DNA of 64,000 nt, from IMG/VR virus record IMGVR_UViG_3300029267_001213, positions 22,554 through 86,553 of that record; one strand, 5' to 3'. This DNA comes from a virus. A program made the position numbers and the translations under genes. The notes below the pieces were generated by a model. The model saw only the letters and a list, made by a program, of their open reading frames with translations. It searched no databases and was not told the DNA's origin. Numbering within the stretch: the stretch's first letter is position 1; every line of letters begins with the position of its first letter. Of this stretch, positions 56,733 to 63,658 are shown one piece after another.

Positions 56733-57230
56733 ATGGAATGGATTAATGCAGCTTATGAACGGGGCGAAATAAGCGTGGATATTTATTCCGGGCAATGGCT
56801 TGATGAGTATCAGATTGTAACTACAGAACCACTTTGTACTAGAAAAATAGAATCATATCCTTCAAGAGTAAAGGTGCCTTATTACTTTGTAGATTTGGAA
56901 GATATAATTCGAGCGCATAAGAGAAGGAATGTTCCAGTACTGGTTTACAGTTTTAAGACGGATGCAGTACAGATTACGGATGGATTTAGAAAACATGTCT
57001 TTTCTATTGCTCGGGATGCGATGTCGCAAGCCATGAGAGATTATTTGGCTTCAGGTGGTTTGGCTTCTATGGATAGATATATTCTGAATAATATGGGCAT
57101 TAAATATGAAGTGGATGGTTCAGCAACAATGATCCGATTGCCAGCCAGACAATTAATTGTGAGAGAAAAAATAAAGGAGGAATCTGTATGGGAGAAGGGC
57201 AAGCGATTAATAATCCAGAAAACAAAATAA
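56733..57230 (+). CDS. Hypothetical protein carrying the shared QxxVREKI motif near its C-terminus
   Basis: ...PARQLIVREKIKEE... Confidence 0.6.
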   Translation: MEWINAAYERGEISVDIYSGQWLDEYQIVTTEPLCTRKIESYPSRVKVPYYFVDLEDIIRAHKRRNVPVLVYSFKTDAVQITDGFRKHVFSIARDAMSQAMRDYLASGGLASMDRYILNNMGIKYEVDGSATMIRLPARQLIVREKIKEESVWEKGKRLIIQKTK

Positions 57231-57619
57231 AATTGGTGCGGGCTATTATCAAGCGACAGCTTTCGTATATGCAGGACACCTTGCGGCTGGATTTCGACAT
57301 ACTAGGCATGGTGGACGGAAGACATGTTATCAGCACAAAAGACCTTGATTGGAACGGCTCTTGGGAATTGCTGAAGATGTGGAATATGGCTGTCGGTCGT
57401 GCATCGGCGGTAGAAATGTCAGGCGTAAAAATACAAAAGGACGAAGAGGGCAAGGTTGGATGCGAGTTCGAGTTGCGGTGCAGCGAAAACGTATTCGGCA
57501 GCGTTGGAAATTTTGACAGACAATTATTCAGCGCGAGAAATGAGGACGCTAGAATACTGACCAGCTGGGTGACAGACGAAACGCACGAGAAAGGTTTATG
57601 GGATTTCATTATATCTTAG
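57188..57619 (+). CDS. Hypothetical protein
   Basis: AAGGAGG RBS. Confidence 0.55.
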   Translation: MGEGQAINNPENKIKLVRAIIKRQLSYMQDTLRLDFDILGMVDGRHVISTKDLDWNGSWELLKMWNMAVGRASAVEMSGVKIQKDEEGKVGCEFELRCSENVFGSVGNFDRQLFSARNEDARILTSWVTDETHEKGLWDFIIS

Positions 57620-57909
57620 ACGGCAAAAAAGCTGTCGAATGTAACGATATGCGCAAGTGGGCAGAATGGATGTAGGAAGTCGACAGGCGCGTGGCGTATG
57701 ATGAGCTTAATGATGTGCAAGTCAGCACTGTTTTCCTCGGCGTGTCTATTGCTTTATTCGAGACCATGGTATTTGGCAATGGAAGTTATGAGCTGGATAA
57801 TTACTCACGAAGATATGCAACATGGAACGAAGCTGAAGTCGGTCATAAGGAAGTGGTGGACATGGTTAAGGAGACCATGTTAGAACAGGCATTGATAAAA
57901 GGATTATGA
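57598..57909 (+). pseudogene. Phage hypothetical gene interrupted by an in-frame TAG at 57673-57675
   Basis: MGFHYILDGKKAVECNDMRKWAEWM*EVDRRVAYDELNDVQVSTVFLG...LFETMVFG reads as one continuous frame across the stop. Confidence 0.7.
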
Positions 57910-57981
57910 TGCGAGGTGGAGAAGTGGTATCTCGGCAGGGTCATATCCTGCAGAACCCGGGTTCGAGTCCCGGCCTCGCTA
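57910..57981 (+). tRNA. tRNA with CAU anticodon, initiator-Met-like
   Basis: Acceptor (T)GCGAGG/CCTCGC(T) with 1:72 mismatch, D-arm GAGA/TCTC, anticodon stem GCAGG/CCTGC with loop GTCATAT, T-arm CCGGG-TTCGAGT-CCCGG. No encoded CCA. Confidence 0.88.
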
Positions 57982-57995
57982 CTGAGAAAGTGAAT

Positions 57996-58300
57996 GGGCC
58001 TAAAAATGGATTCGACGTATGCAGCGAAACATGAGAGGCGTGTCGTGGGTGCTTGTTACCACGTAAACACAACGAGCAATGAGAACTGCGAACCAGCAGA
58101 AAGCTCTGGCTGCATAGACAGTCAGTGTCTTTTCGAGAAGTCCGGTCTGTACTTTCGAAAAAGGCATCATATCACAGGCCACAGCATTCTCCTTGAAAAC
58201 GTCTGGCTGACGGCCCTGTTTATCGGGACAAAGATAGACTACACACGTAGAATTTTATGCGGAAGGTATGCGGACGCCGGTTCGATTCCGGCTAGGTCCA
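57996..58300 (+). ncRNA. ssrA: tmRNA, tag (A)ANQQKALAA
   Basis: 5' GGGCCTA...GGATTCGAC and 3' GGAC-GCCGG-TTCGATT-CCGGC-TAGGTCC-A give an acceptor stem with G3.U70. Tag frame 58088-58117: GCG AAC CAG CAG AAA GCT CTG GCT GCA TAG. Confidence 0.93.
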
Positions 58301-58363
58301 CTGAGTTGGCGATTGTTTAAGGCTTACGGCGAGTAAAATTGCTTTAAGCCACTAAAGAATCAG

Positions 58364-58624
58364 ATGGTATATATTACGTCAAAGCGTCCTGTTGTATCAA
58401 ATCCATTACAGCGATTTTATTGTCAGCATTGTGAATATGTACAATACAGACCGGGGCACTGCCTTAACTGCGGTAATCCTGTCAGGCCGATTAAAAATTT
58501 GATTCATAAGGACCAGCTACGGGACAAGCTCTGGCAGTCTTGGGATCAAGAAAATAATTTGGTCTGGATTGTGGCAATTATAATTTGCGGAATAATATTA
58601 GCGGTTGGAACATTCCTGTTTTGA
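58364..58624 (+). CDS. Zinc-ribbon protein with C-terminal membrane anchor
   Basis: CQHC...CLNC and a hydrophobic C-terminus. Confidence 0.6.
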   Translation: MVYITSKRPVVSNPLQRFYCQHCEYVQYRPGHCLNCGNPVRPIKNLIHKDQLRDKLWQSWDQENNLVWIVAIIICGIILAVGTFLF

Positions 58625-58626
58625 TA

Positions 58627-58655
58627 TTGACCAAGCAAACTAAATCCTTTATAAA
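58627..58655 (+). promoter_or_regulatory. Sigma70-type promoter heading the tagged-protein array
   Basis: TTGACC-N17-TATAAA. Confidence 0.55.
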
Positions 58656-58700
58656 ACATTATTATATTGTAACCAGAACCAGAACAAGCAAGGAGAAGAC

Positions 58701-59183
58701 ATGCCGAAAGAATTAATCATTGACGAAACAGACATTAAAGACCTGAAGATGAGCGAGTACGAGATCGCTGTCGGATGGGCTGGCCGTAAGGCAGACGAGC
58801 AGCTGGAGATGCGAAAGGTCACTGGTTTTATGGTGTCGGAACATCTTGCAGTGAGAGACATGGAGAATGGCAATGGGTGGGCCATTGATCATCTTCCTAC
58901 CGGAAGACGATTGAATCATTGGCCATTGCTTACTTTCCAGACCGTGGTGTTGTATGCAAAAGCCATTCATAAATATTTGCATGATCCGGGAACTAAAAAC
59001 GCGGAGATTGTTTACACCGAGGATGAGCAACTTAGGATGCAGCTTTACATGAAATACCTGATAGTGAATCCTGAAAGTGAGACGACGTGGGACGAATTCA
59101 AGGAACGGCCTTTGCCTGAAGGTGTGACCAGAATATCTTTACATGAATTAAATGAAACAGAAACCAAAGTTACCAGCGATTAG
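58701..59183 (+). CDS. Hypothetical protein, W..DHLPTGR family
   Basis: AAGGAG RBS. Motif shared with 52340-52720. Confidence 0.65.
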   Translation: MPKELIIDETDIKDLKMSEYEIAVGWAGRKADEQLEMRKVTGFMVSEHLAVRDMENGNGWAIDHLPTGRRLNHWPLLTFQTVVLYAKAIHKYLHDPGTKNAEIVYTEDEQLRMQLYMKYLIVNPESETTWDEFKERPLPEGVTRISLHELNETETKVTSD

Positions 59184-59439
59184 TTTTATGGAAGACCTTG
59201 GGATAATAAAAGTACTGTTGGCAAGATTGTCACAGCATAGGACTACCAGAATGGTTGTGACTTGCCATTATTGCGGAAATACTTTTGCGATGTATTTCCC
59301 AGCTCGTGAATATAAAAAAGACGTGAGACATTATTGGTGCCCGAGTTGTCTTTCTCATCCGGTATGCAGAGAAGGGTCAAGGCTATATCGGGTTGCGAAG
59401 GCAGAACAAGTTTGCATGAGCGAGCGAGTTGTTGACTGA
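59152..59439 (+). CDS. Array member 1, zinc ribbon plus C-terminal tag
   Basis: CHYC..CPSC, ends EQVCMSERVVD. Confidence 0.7.
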   Translation: MKQKPKLPAISFMEDLGIIKVLLARLSQHRTTRMVVTCHYCGNTFAMYFPAREYKKDVRHYWCPSCLSHPVCREGSRLYRVAKAEQVCMSERVVD

Positions 59440-59450
59440 GGAGTGAGCCG

Positions 59451-59759
59451 GTGTTTAGACCGTGGCAAGAAAAGTGGTTAGTGCCTATTTACAAGTTCAA
59501 CAGGCCGATTCAAATGAGCAACGGTCATGGAAACAGATACTGTTGCATAAGATGCGGTTGTGACTTGTTCTGGATGATGGAAATAAACGCAGAGGTCAAT
59601 ACTGGTTATCTTTCAAAGTCATATGTGACCGTTACAACGAAGTGTTATCAATGCGGTCGGCAGATGGGTTTTTTGTTATATAACTATCATGATAAAAATT
59701 CGCAGTTGTTGCCAATTTTTCAAGAACAGAAAATGATACGTGAGCGAATCAATGGATGA
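59451..59759 (+). CDS. Array member 2, zinc ribbon plus tag
   Basis: CIRC..CYQC, ends EQKMIRERING. Confidence 0.7.
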   Translation: MFRPWQEKWLVPIYKFNRPIQMSNGHGNRYCCIRCGCDLFWMMEINAEVNTGYLSKSYVTVTTKCYQCGRQMGFLLYNYHDKNSQLLPIFQEQKMIRERING

Positions 59760-60039
59760 GTTTAGTGTTGGTGACATAGTGGGTGTTCTGAACGATGCAG
59801 CAGAATTTGTTGCGGATTCCTTGCTCGACATGGCCGAGGTGCTTCCGATAATTTTCAGATCATCATTAGGATCTATTGAGGAGGGAATTAAAGATACTTT
59901 GTTTCGTGAAGACAGTGAGCGAATTGAAGTATTAATTACACTGTTCGGCGGTGAAGAAAAATTTATCAAGTTGGTTTGTGCTATGAAGCTTGGACATTTA
60001 CTTCAGCCGGTAATCAAGGAAAGGATCATTGATGAGTGA
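59752..60039 (+). CDS. Array member 3, helical plus tag
   Basis: Ends LQPVIKERIIDE. Confidence 0.7.
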   Translation: MDEFSVGDIVGVLNDAAEFVADSLLDMAEVLPIIFRSSLGSIEEGIKDTLFREDSERIEVLITLFGGEEKFIKLVCAMKLGHLLQPVIKERIIDE

Positions 60040-60325
60040 CTGGCGGGATAGGTGGAAGGACGTGAAGGCCAGACAGAGAATTAAGGTAACCGAGCGCGGT
60101 AGTTACAAAGACGAAAGTGCTTTTCGATGCTCATGCGGTCATGATATTTTCTTCGTGCATATTGATTGGAAAAAGGCCAAAGAATTTTTTTCACGGAATG
60201 CATTGATAGTGAGTTGTATGCGGTGCCATATGAGAATCAGAATATCGCTGGATATGACTGGTCCTGTTTTGATACCTTTTGCAGCCAGTCAGCAAATAAT
60301 TAAGGAGAGAGTCATTGGTGATTAA
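60032..60325 (+). CDS. Array member 4, zinc ribbon plus tag
   Basis: CSC..CMRC, ends SQQIIKERVIGD. Confidence 0.7.
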   Translation: MSDWRDRWKDVKARQRIKVTERGSYKDESAFRCSCGHDIFFVHIDWKKAKEFFSRNALIVSCMRCHMRIRISLDMTGPVLIPFAASQQIIKERVIGD

Positions 60326-60578
60326 GTCTAATCTGATTTATGATTTGAACAAAAGCACCAGACGTTTTCGTTGTAAGCAATGCGGCAATGATTTATTCAA
60401 TGAGCATATGCCTTATCAGGGCGAGCATCGAGTTGAGACATTTTATGTGTGTACTGTTTGCCAAGAAAAATATTCAGTAGAGACATTGGCTCGGCTGAAC
60501 GTACATCATAAGCGCATTGCACAAAAGGAACAGCCTGTAGTGAGAGAAAAAATAAGGAGCAAGGCGCGACATGGCTGA
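60318..60578 (+). CDS. Array member 5, zinc ribbon plus tag
   Basis: CKQC..CTVC, ends EQPVVREKIRSKARHG. Confidence 0.7.
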   Translation: MIKSNLIYDLNKSTRRFRCKQCGNDLFNEHMPYQGEHRVETFYVCTVCQEKYSVETLARLNVHHKRIAQKEQPVVREKIRSKARHG

Positions 60579-60789
60579 AAAAGCAAGAAAGATATTCGAC
60601 ATGAGTAGGGTGACGCAATCGACTAGATTTTTAATGAGTGCTGGCATAAGTATGAATGAAGCGATTGATGCAGTGGAAAAATTTCGAGCAACAATTACTG
60701 AAAGAACGGGTGTCTCTGAAAGGTTTATGGAATTGCGGCGAGAGCTGTTTATGGAGCAGTTGGTTATCAAGGAGCGCATCATTGAGTAA
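60571..60789 (+). CDS. Array member 6, helical plus tag
   Basis: Ends EQLVIKERIIE. Confidence 0.7.
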   Translation: MAEKARKIFDMSRVTQSTRFLMSAGISMNEAIDAVEKFRATITERTGVSERFMELRRELFMEQLVIKERIIE

Positions 60790-61018
60790 ATACATAAATG
60801 ATTATTCATTGGTTCGAGTCGATTTCAGTCATAGTGCTGCGTTTACTGATACCGCAAGCACTGAAAGTTATACAAGGTCGATGGTATGGTGTCCGGACTG
60901 CGGATCGAGAATGCTTAGAAGTCATAGTACAGGCGCATTATATTGTTTCGGTTGCTTCAATATTTTTTTTATGCAGATTTTAATTAAGGAGCGTATCGTT
61001 GACGATACCACGGCGTAG
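60782..61018 (+). CDS. Array member 7, zinc ribbon plus tag
   Basis: TTG start after AAGGAG. CPDC..CFGC, ends MQILIKERIVDDTTA. Confidence 0.7.
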   Translation: MSKYINDYSLVRVDFSHSAAFTDTASTESYTRSMVWCPDCGSRMLRSHSTGALYCFGCFNIFFMQILIKERIVDDTTA

Positions 61019-61214
61019 AAAACTTTTAGCAAGACGTGGGAAACTGACGTGTTATCAATGCGGCAGTACAGACGTTCATTCTATCAATACAGGAGAACTG
61101 GTATGTGATTTTTGCGGTACTCATTATACTAATGAATTCCCGGATGGTGTTCCGGGAACGACTAAGCCCCCTGTGCGATTTCAAGCCATGGTTAAGGAAC
61201 GGGTGATTGAATGA
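60999..61214 (+). CDS. Array member 8, zinc ribbon plus tag
   Basis: CYQC..CDFC, ends FQAMVKERVIE. Confidence 0.7.
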   Translation: MTIPRRRKLLARRGKLTCYQCGSTDVHSINTGELVCDFCGTHYTNEFPDGVPGTTKPPVRFQAMVKERVIE

Positions 61215-61510
61215 ATTGGGAAGAGGCTCATATTTTAGACACGCAATTTAGCAATGTTGTTTGCAGTGCTTGCAAGAAAAATAGACAGATAGTTCGTATG
61301 CATTCTAAAGTTGAATGTAATTTTAAGAATGGAGGGTATGTGCTAGTTATGTGCTGTCCATTATGCGGTCGGACTGTAATTATGGACAGAGAAGAAAATT
61401 TGCCAGACGCAAAACGGCTTAGAAATCGGGTTGGCGGAATACTAATAAATGATACAGCATATGTTGGAACACTACCTCGGCAGTTTTGTATAAAGGAAAG
61501 AATTCTGTAA
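61211..61510 (+). CDS. Array member 9, zinc ribbon plus tag
   Basis: CSAC..CPLC, ends RQFCIKERIL. Confidence 0.7.
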   Translation: MNWEEAHILDTQFSNVVCSACKKNRQIVRMHSKVECNFKNGGYVLVMCCPLCGRTVIMDREENLPDAKRLRNRVGGILINDTAYVGTLPRQFCIKERIL

Positions 61511-61794
61511 TGGCCAAACAAAAGAGAGGCATGCGATTTGACAGGCCAAACAGAGAGGCTATGGCGGCGACGGCAAACTGGATTACTGAGGAAGATAGAT
61601 GGATTTTTCTTTCGCTGGAGTGGGATGAAATAAAGATGCCTTGTCCATTCTGTTTTAATAAGATGTTGCATGATATGATGCAGTATCGAACGGGCTGTAG
61701 ACATTGTGGTTGTTGGTGGAATGATAGCATGTTGAGGACGTTGAATTATCGCGGATTGGAACAGGCGATTATGCGGGAGAAGGTTCATGGATGA
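61510..61794 (+). CDS. Array member 10, zinc ribbon plus tag
   Basis: TAATG coupling. CPFC..CRHC, ends EQAIMREKVHG. Confidence 0.7.
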   Translation: MAKQKRGMRFDRPNREAMAATANWITEEDRWIFLSLEWDEIKMPCPFCFNKMLHDMMQYRTGCRHCGCWWNDSMLRTLNYRGLEQAIMREKVHG

Positions 61795-62035
61795 ATTAAT
61801 TGAGCATGAGATAGATCAATTTGTACTGGATAGCCGCTGTGAATGCGGCGGATGCATAATGAGGTATGGCAATGAAGAAGTGATGTGTAACAAATGCAAA
61901 TCAATATATAGATTATTATTTCACAAAAAGACGGTTAAAGATAAATTTAATCAGCTGGTATTCGAATCTGTAAAGATCATGACTGGCAAAAAGTGTCTAC
62001 CTGAACAGCTGGTAATTAAGGAACGAACATGCTGA
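61787..62035 (+). CDS. Array member 11, zinc ribbon plus tag
   Basis: CEC..CNKC, ends EQLVIKERTC. Confidence 0.7.
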   Translation: MDELIEHEIDQFVLDSRCECGGCIMRYGNEEVMCNKCKSIYRLLFHKKTVKDKFNQLVFESVKIMTGKKCLPEQLVIKERTC

Positions 62036-62232
62036 TAAAAAACATAAGCGGGAATATTATTAAGGTGAAAAACGTAATGGTTCCACCGGACCGGCAACTG
62101 TTCATTACTCCGTCAGAATACAACAAGCTACCAGCTGCAGTAAAAGTACTGTTTATGGTAACCATGACAGATTGCCCGTTTGAAGAACTGGAACAGGCAA
62201 CGATTAGTGAACGGATTAAAGATGATGATTAA
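62029..62232 (+). CDS. Array member 12, small beta protein plus tag
   Basis: Ends EQATISERIKDDD. Confidence 0.65.
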   Translation: MLIKNISGNIIKVKNVMVPPDRQLFITPSEYNKLPAAVKVLFMVTMTDCPFEELEQATISERIKDDD

Positions 62233-62234
62233 AA

Positions 62235-62462
62235 ATGCAGAATGATAAAATTAAATTGAGCACTAGATGTTGGCTTTGCGGAGGCACAGTACCTTTCTGT
62301 CCGGAGAAAGGATGGACGCATTGCAAGGATTGTGGGCGGGAGTATATTATATCGGACAAGACCGGGGTTGCTCCGGTTTATCAGGAGACAATGAGAGAAC
62401 GAATCAAGAGAAAGGAGAAGAAGGATGACGACGATAACACTGGCAAGAAAATTTCGTTTTGA
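62235..62462 (+). CDS. Array member 13, zinc ribbon plus tag
   Basis: CWLC..CKDC, then YQETMRERIKRK... Confidence 0.7.
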   Translation: MQNDKIKLSTRCWLCGGTVPFCPEKGWTHCKDCGREYIISDKTGVAPVYQETMRERIKRKEKKDDDDNTGKKISF

Positions 62463-62853
62463 AGCTGCTCACAGACTGAATAAGCATAAAGGACAGTGCA
62501 AGCATCTGCATGGTCATACATACAAAGGGCATGTGGAGATTGAAGGTCCGGTTGGCGAGGACGGTATGGTTCTCGACTTTCAAAACATGAAAGCTTTGTT
62601 GAATATGTCGATTGGATTGCTGGATCATTCTCTTATGCTGCATGAGAATGATGAGCTGGTAAACGTCATGGCAGACCATGGTCAGCATGTGGTTACTATG
62701 CCTTACGATCCGACGGTTGAAAATCTTTCTAAGCGAATTGGCTTGAGCATTCAGAAATATCTGGATGAAGATGAAACACTGGACGCATGGGTCAAGCGGG
62801 TCGTATTATATGAGACTCCTGAATGCTGGGCCATATGGAGGCCGTTGGAATGA
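62425..62853 (+). CDS. queD: 6-carboxy-5,6,7,8-tetrahydropterin synthase
   Basis: F.FEAAHRL..H.G.C..LHGHTY, GMVLDF, LDH, PTVEN and L.ETP motifs. Confidence 0.93.
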   Translation: MTTITLARKFRFEAAHRLNKHKGQCKHLHGHTYKGHVEIEGPVGEDGMVLDFQNMKALLNMSIGLLDHSLMLHENDELVNVMADHGQHVVTMPYDPTVENLSKRIGLSIQKYLDEDETLDAWVKRVVLYETPECWAIWRPLE

Positions 62854-63272
62854 AAAGCCGTTTCAAAAAGATACTGGACAAGATGCAGAAGGCTGCTGAA
62901 TTATCCAGTGACTTGAACAACAGGGATGAGCGCAGGGCCAGACAGATGTCATCTATACCGGCATCAAATGATAAACAGCGATGGCGTTATCCTGACGGAC
63001 CATGGAAGTATGATCCGACTCCGGTGCCGGGTAAGTTCGGTTGTGAGCGCGGGATGATTCGAAGACATATTAATGAGCGATACATTCTTACTCGGTGCCC
63101 GAGATGTGCAGGTATTCAGTTGGTCGGTGGCATTGAAGTTACGGGTGACAATGACCGGCCGACATTATCCGAGTCAATTACTTGCAGTTGCGAAAGATGC
63201 CGAACAGAATTTATTATCAAAGAGGGCAGGATGTCTGTCTTGGACAAGGGCGAGGACGAAGAATTGCATTGA
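62850..63272 (+). CDS. Hypothetical protein with Cys4 site
   Basis: CPRC...PTLS.SI.C..C...FII.EG. Confidence 0.6.
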   Translation: MKSRFKKILDKMQKAAELSSDLNNRDERRARQMSSIPASNDKQRWRYPDGPWKYDPTPVPGKFGCERGMIRRHINERYILTRCPRCAGIQLVGGIEVTGDNDRPTLSESITCSCERCRTEFIIKEGRMSVLDKGEDEELH

Positions 63273-63281
63273 ATAATTATC

Positions 63282-63310
63282 TTGATTTGGATCAATTAAT
63301 TTCTTAATCT
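63282..63310 (+). promoter_or_regulatory. Sigma70-type promoter candidate
   Basis: TTGATT-N17-TAATCT in an intergenic gap. Confidence 0.4.
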
Positions 63311-63334
63311 ACAGACGCAGAACAAGAGGTAGGC

Positions 63335-63658
63335 ATGTCCAGAAAAAAAATCAAAAAGCGAACGTTTAAGCGTCAATGGAAATGGCGCATTAAAATCCTT
63401 GAGCCAGACGAATACAGTCCACCAGAAAGAAAATTAAATTACGGTGAGAGAGCTGCGGACTTGGCAATCAAGCTTATCCGTGAATATTGCAAAGCGACCA
63501 GAGTGGGTCTTTCGGAGTTGGGCATTAAAGATGATGTGGATGAAGAACAGACGAATAAAGAGCTTTTGGAATTAATGAACAAGGGTGCAATAAAAATTAT
63601 AGTTAATCCTGCAATGGTGGAGGACATAGATAAGATATGGCCACTGGACACAAAATAG
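63335..63658 (+). CDS. Hypothetical protein
   Basis: GAGGT RBS. Confidence 0.55.
   Translation: MSRKKIKKRTFKRQWKWRIKILEPDEYSPPERKLNYGERAADLAIKLIREYCKATRVGLSELGIKDDVDEEQTNKELLELMNKGAIKIIVNPAMVEDIDKIWPLDTK

Noticed and set aside
57673-57675. Genome-wide TAG recoding
   Set aside because: Many genes end cleanly in TAG right before the next start, long ORFs are intact under the standard code, and no suppressor tRNA was seen.
57994-58320. 108 aa ORF in the ORF track
   Set aside because: It coincides with the tmRNA, whose structure and tag frame explain the sequence.
59152-62462. The shared C-terminal motif is only a by-product of AAGGAG Shine-Dalgarno sequences
   Set aside because: An RBS would not fix the reading frame, the invariant Gln four residues before K/R/S, or the I/V/M position. 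Variants such as AGC GAG CGA and AGT GAA CGG keep the peptide but lose the SD, and other coupled genes in the window lack the motif. The SD overlap probably contributes to KE only.
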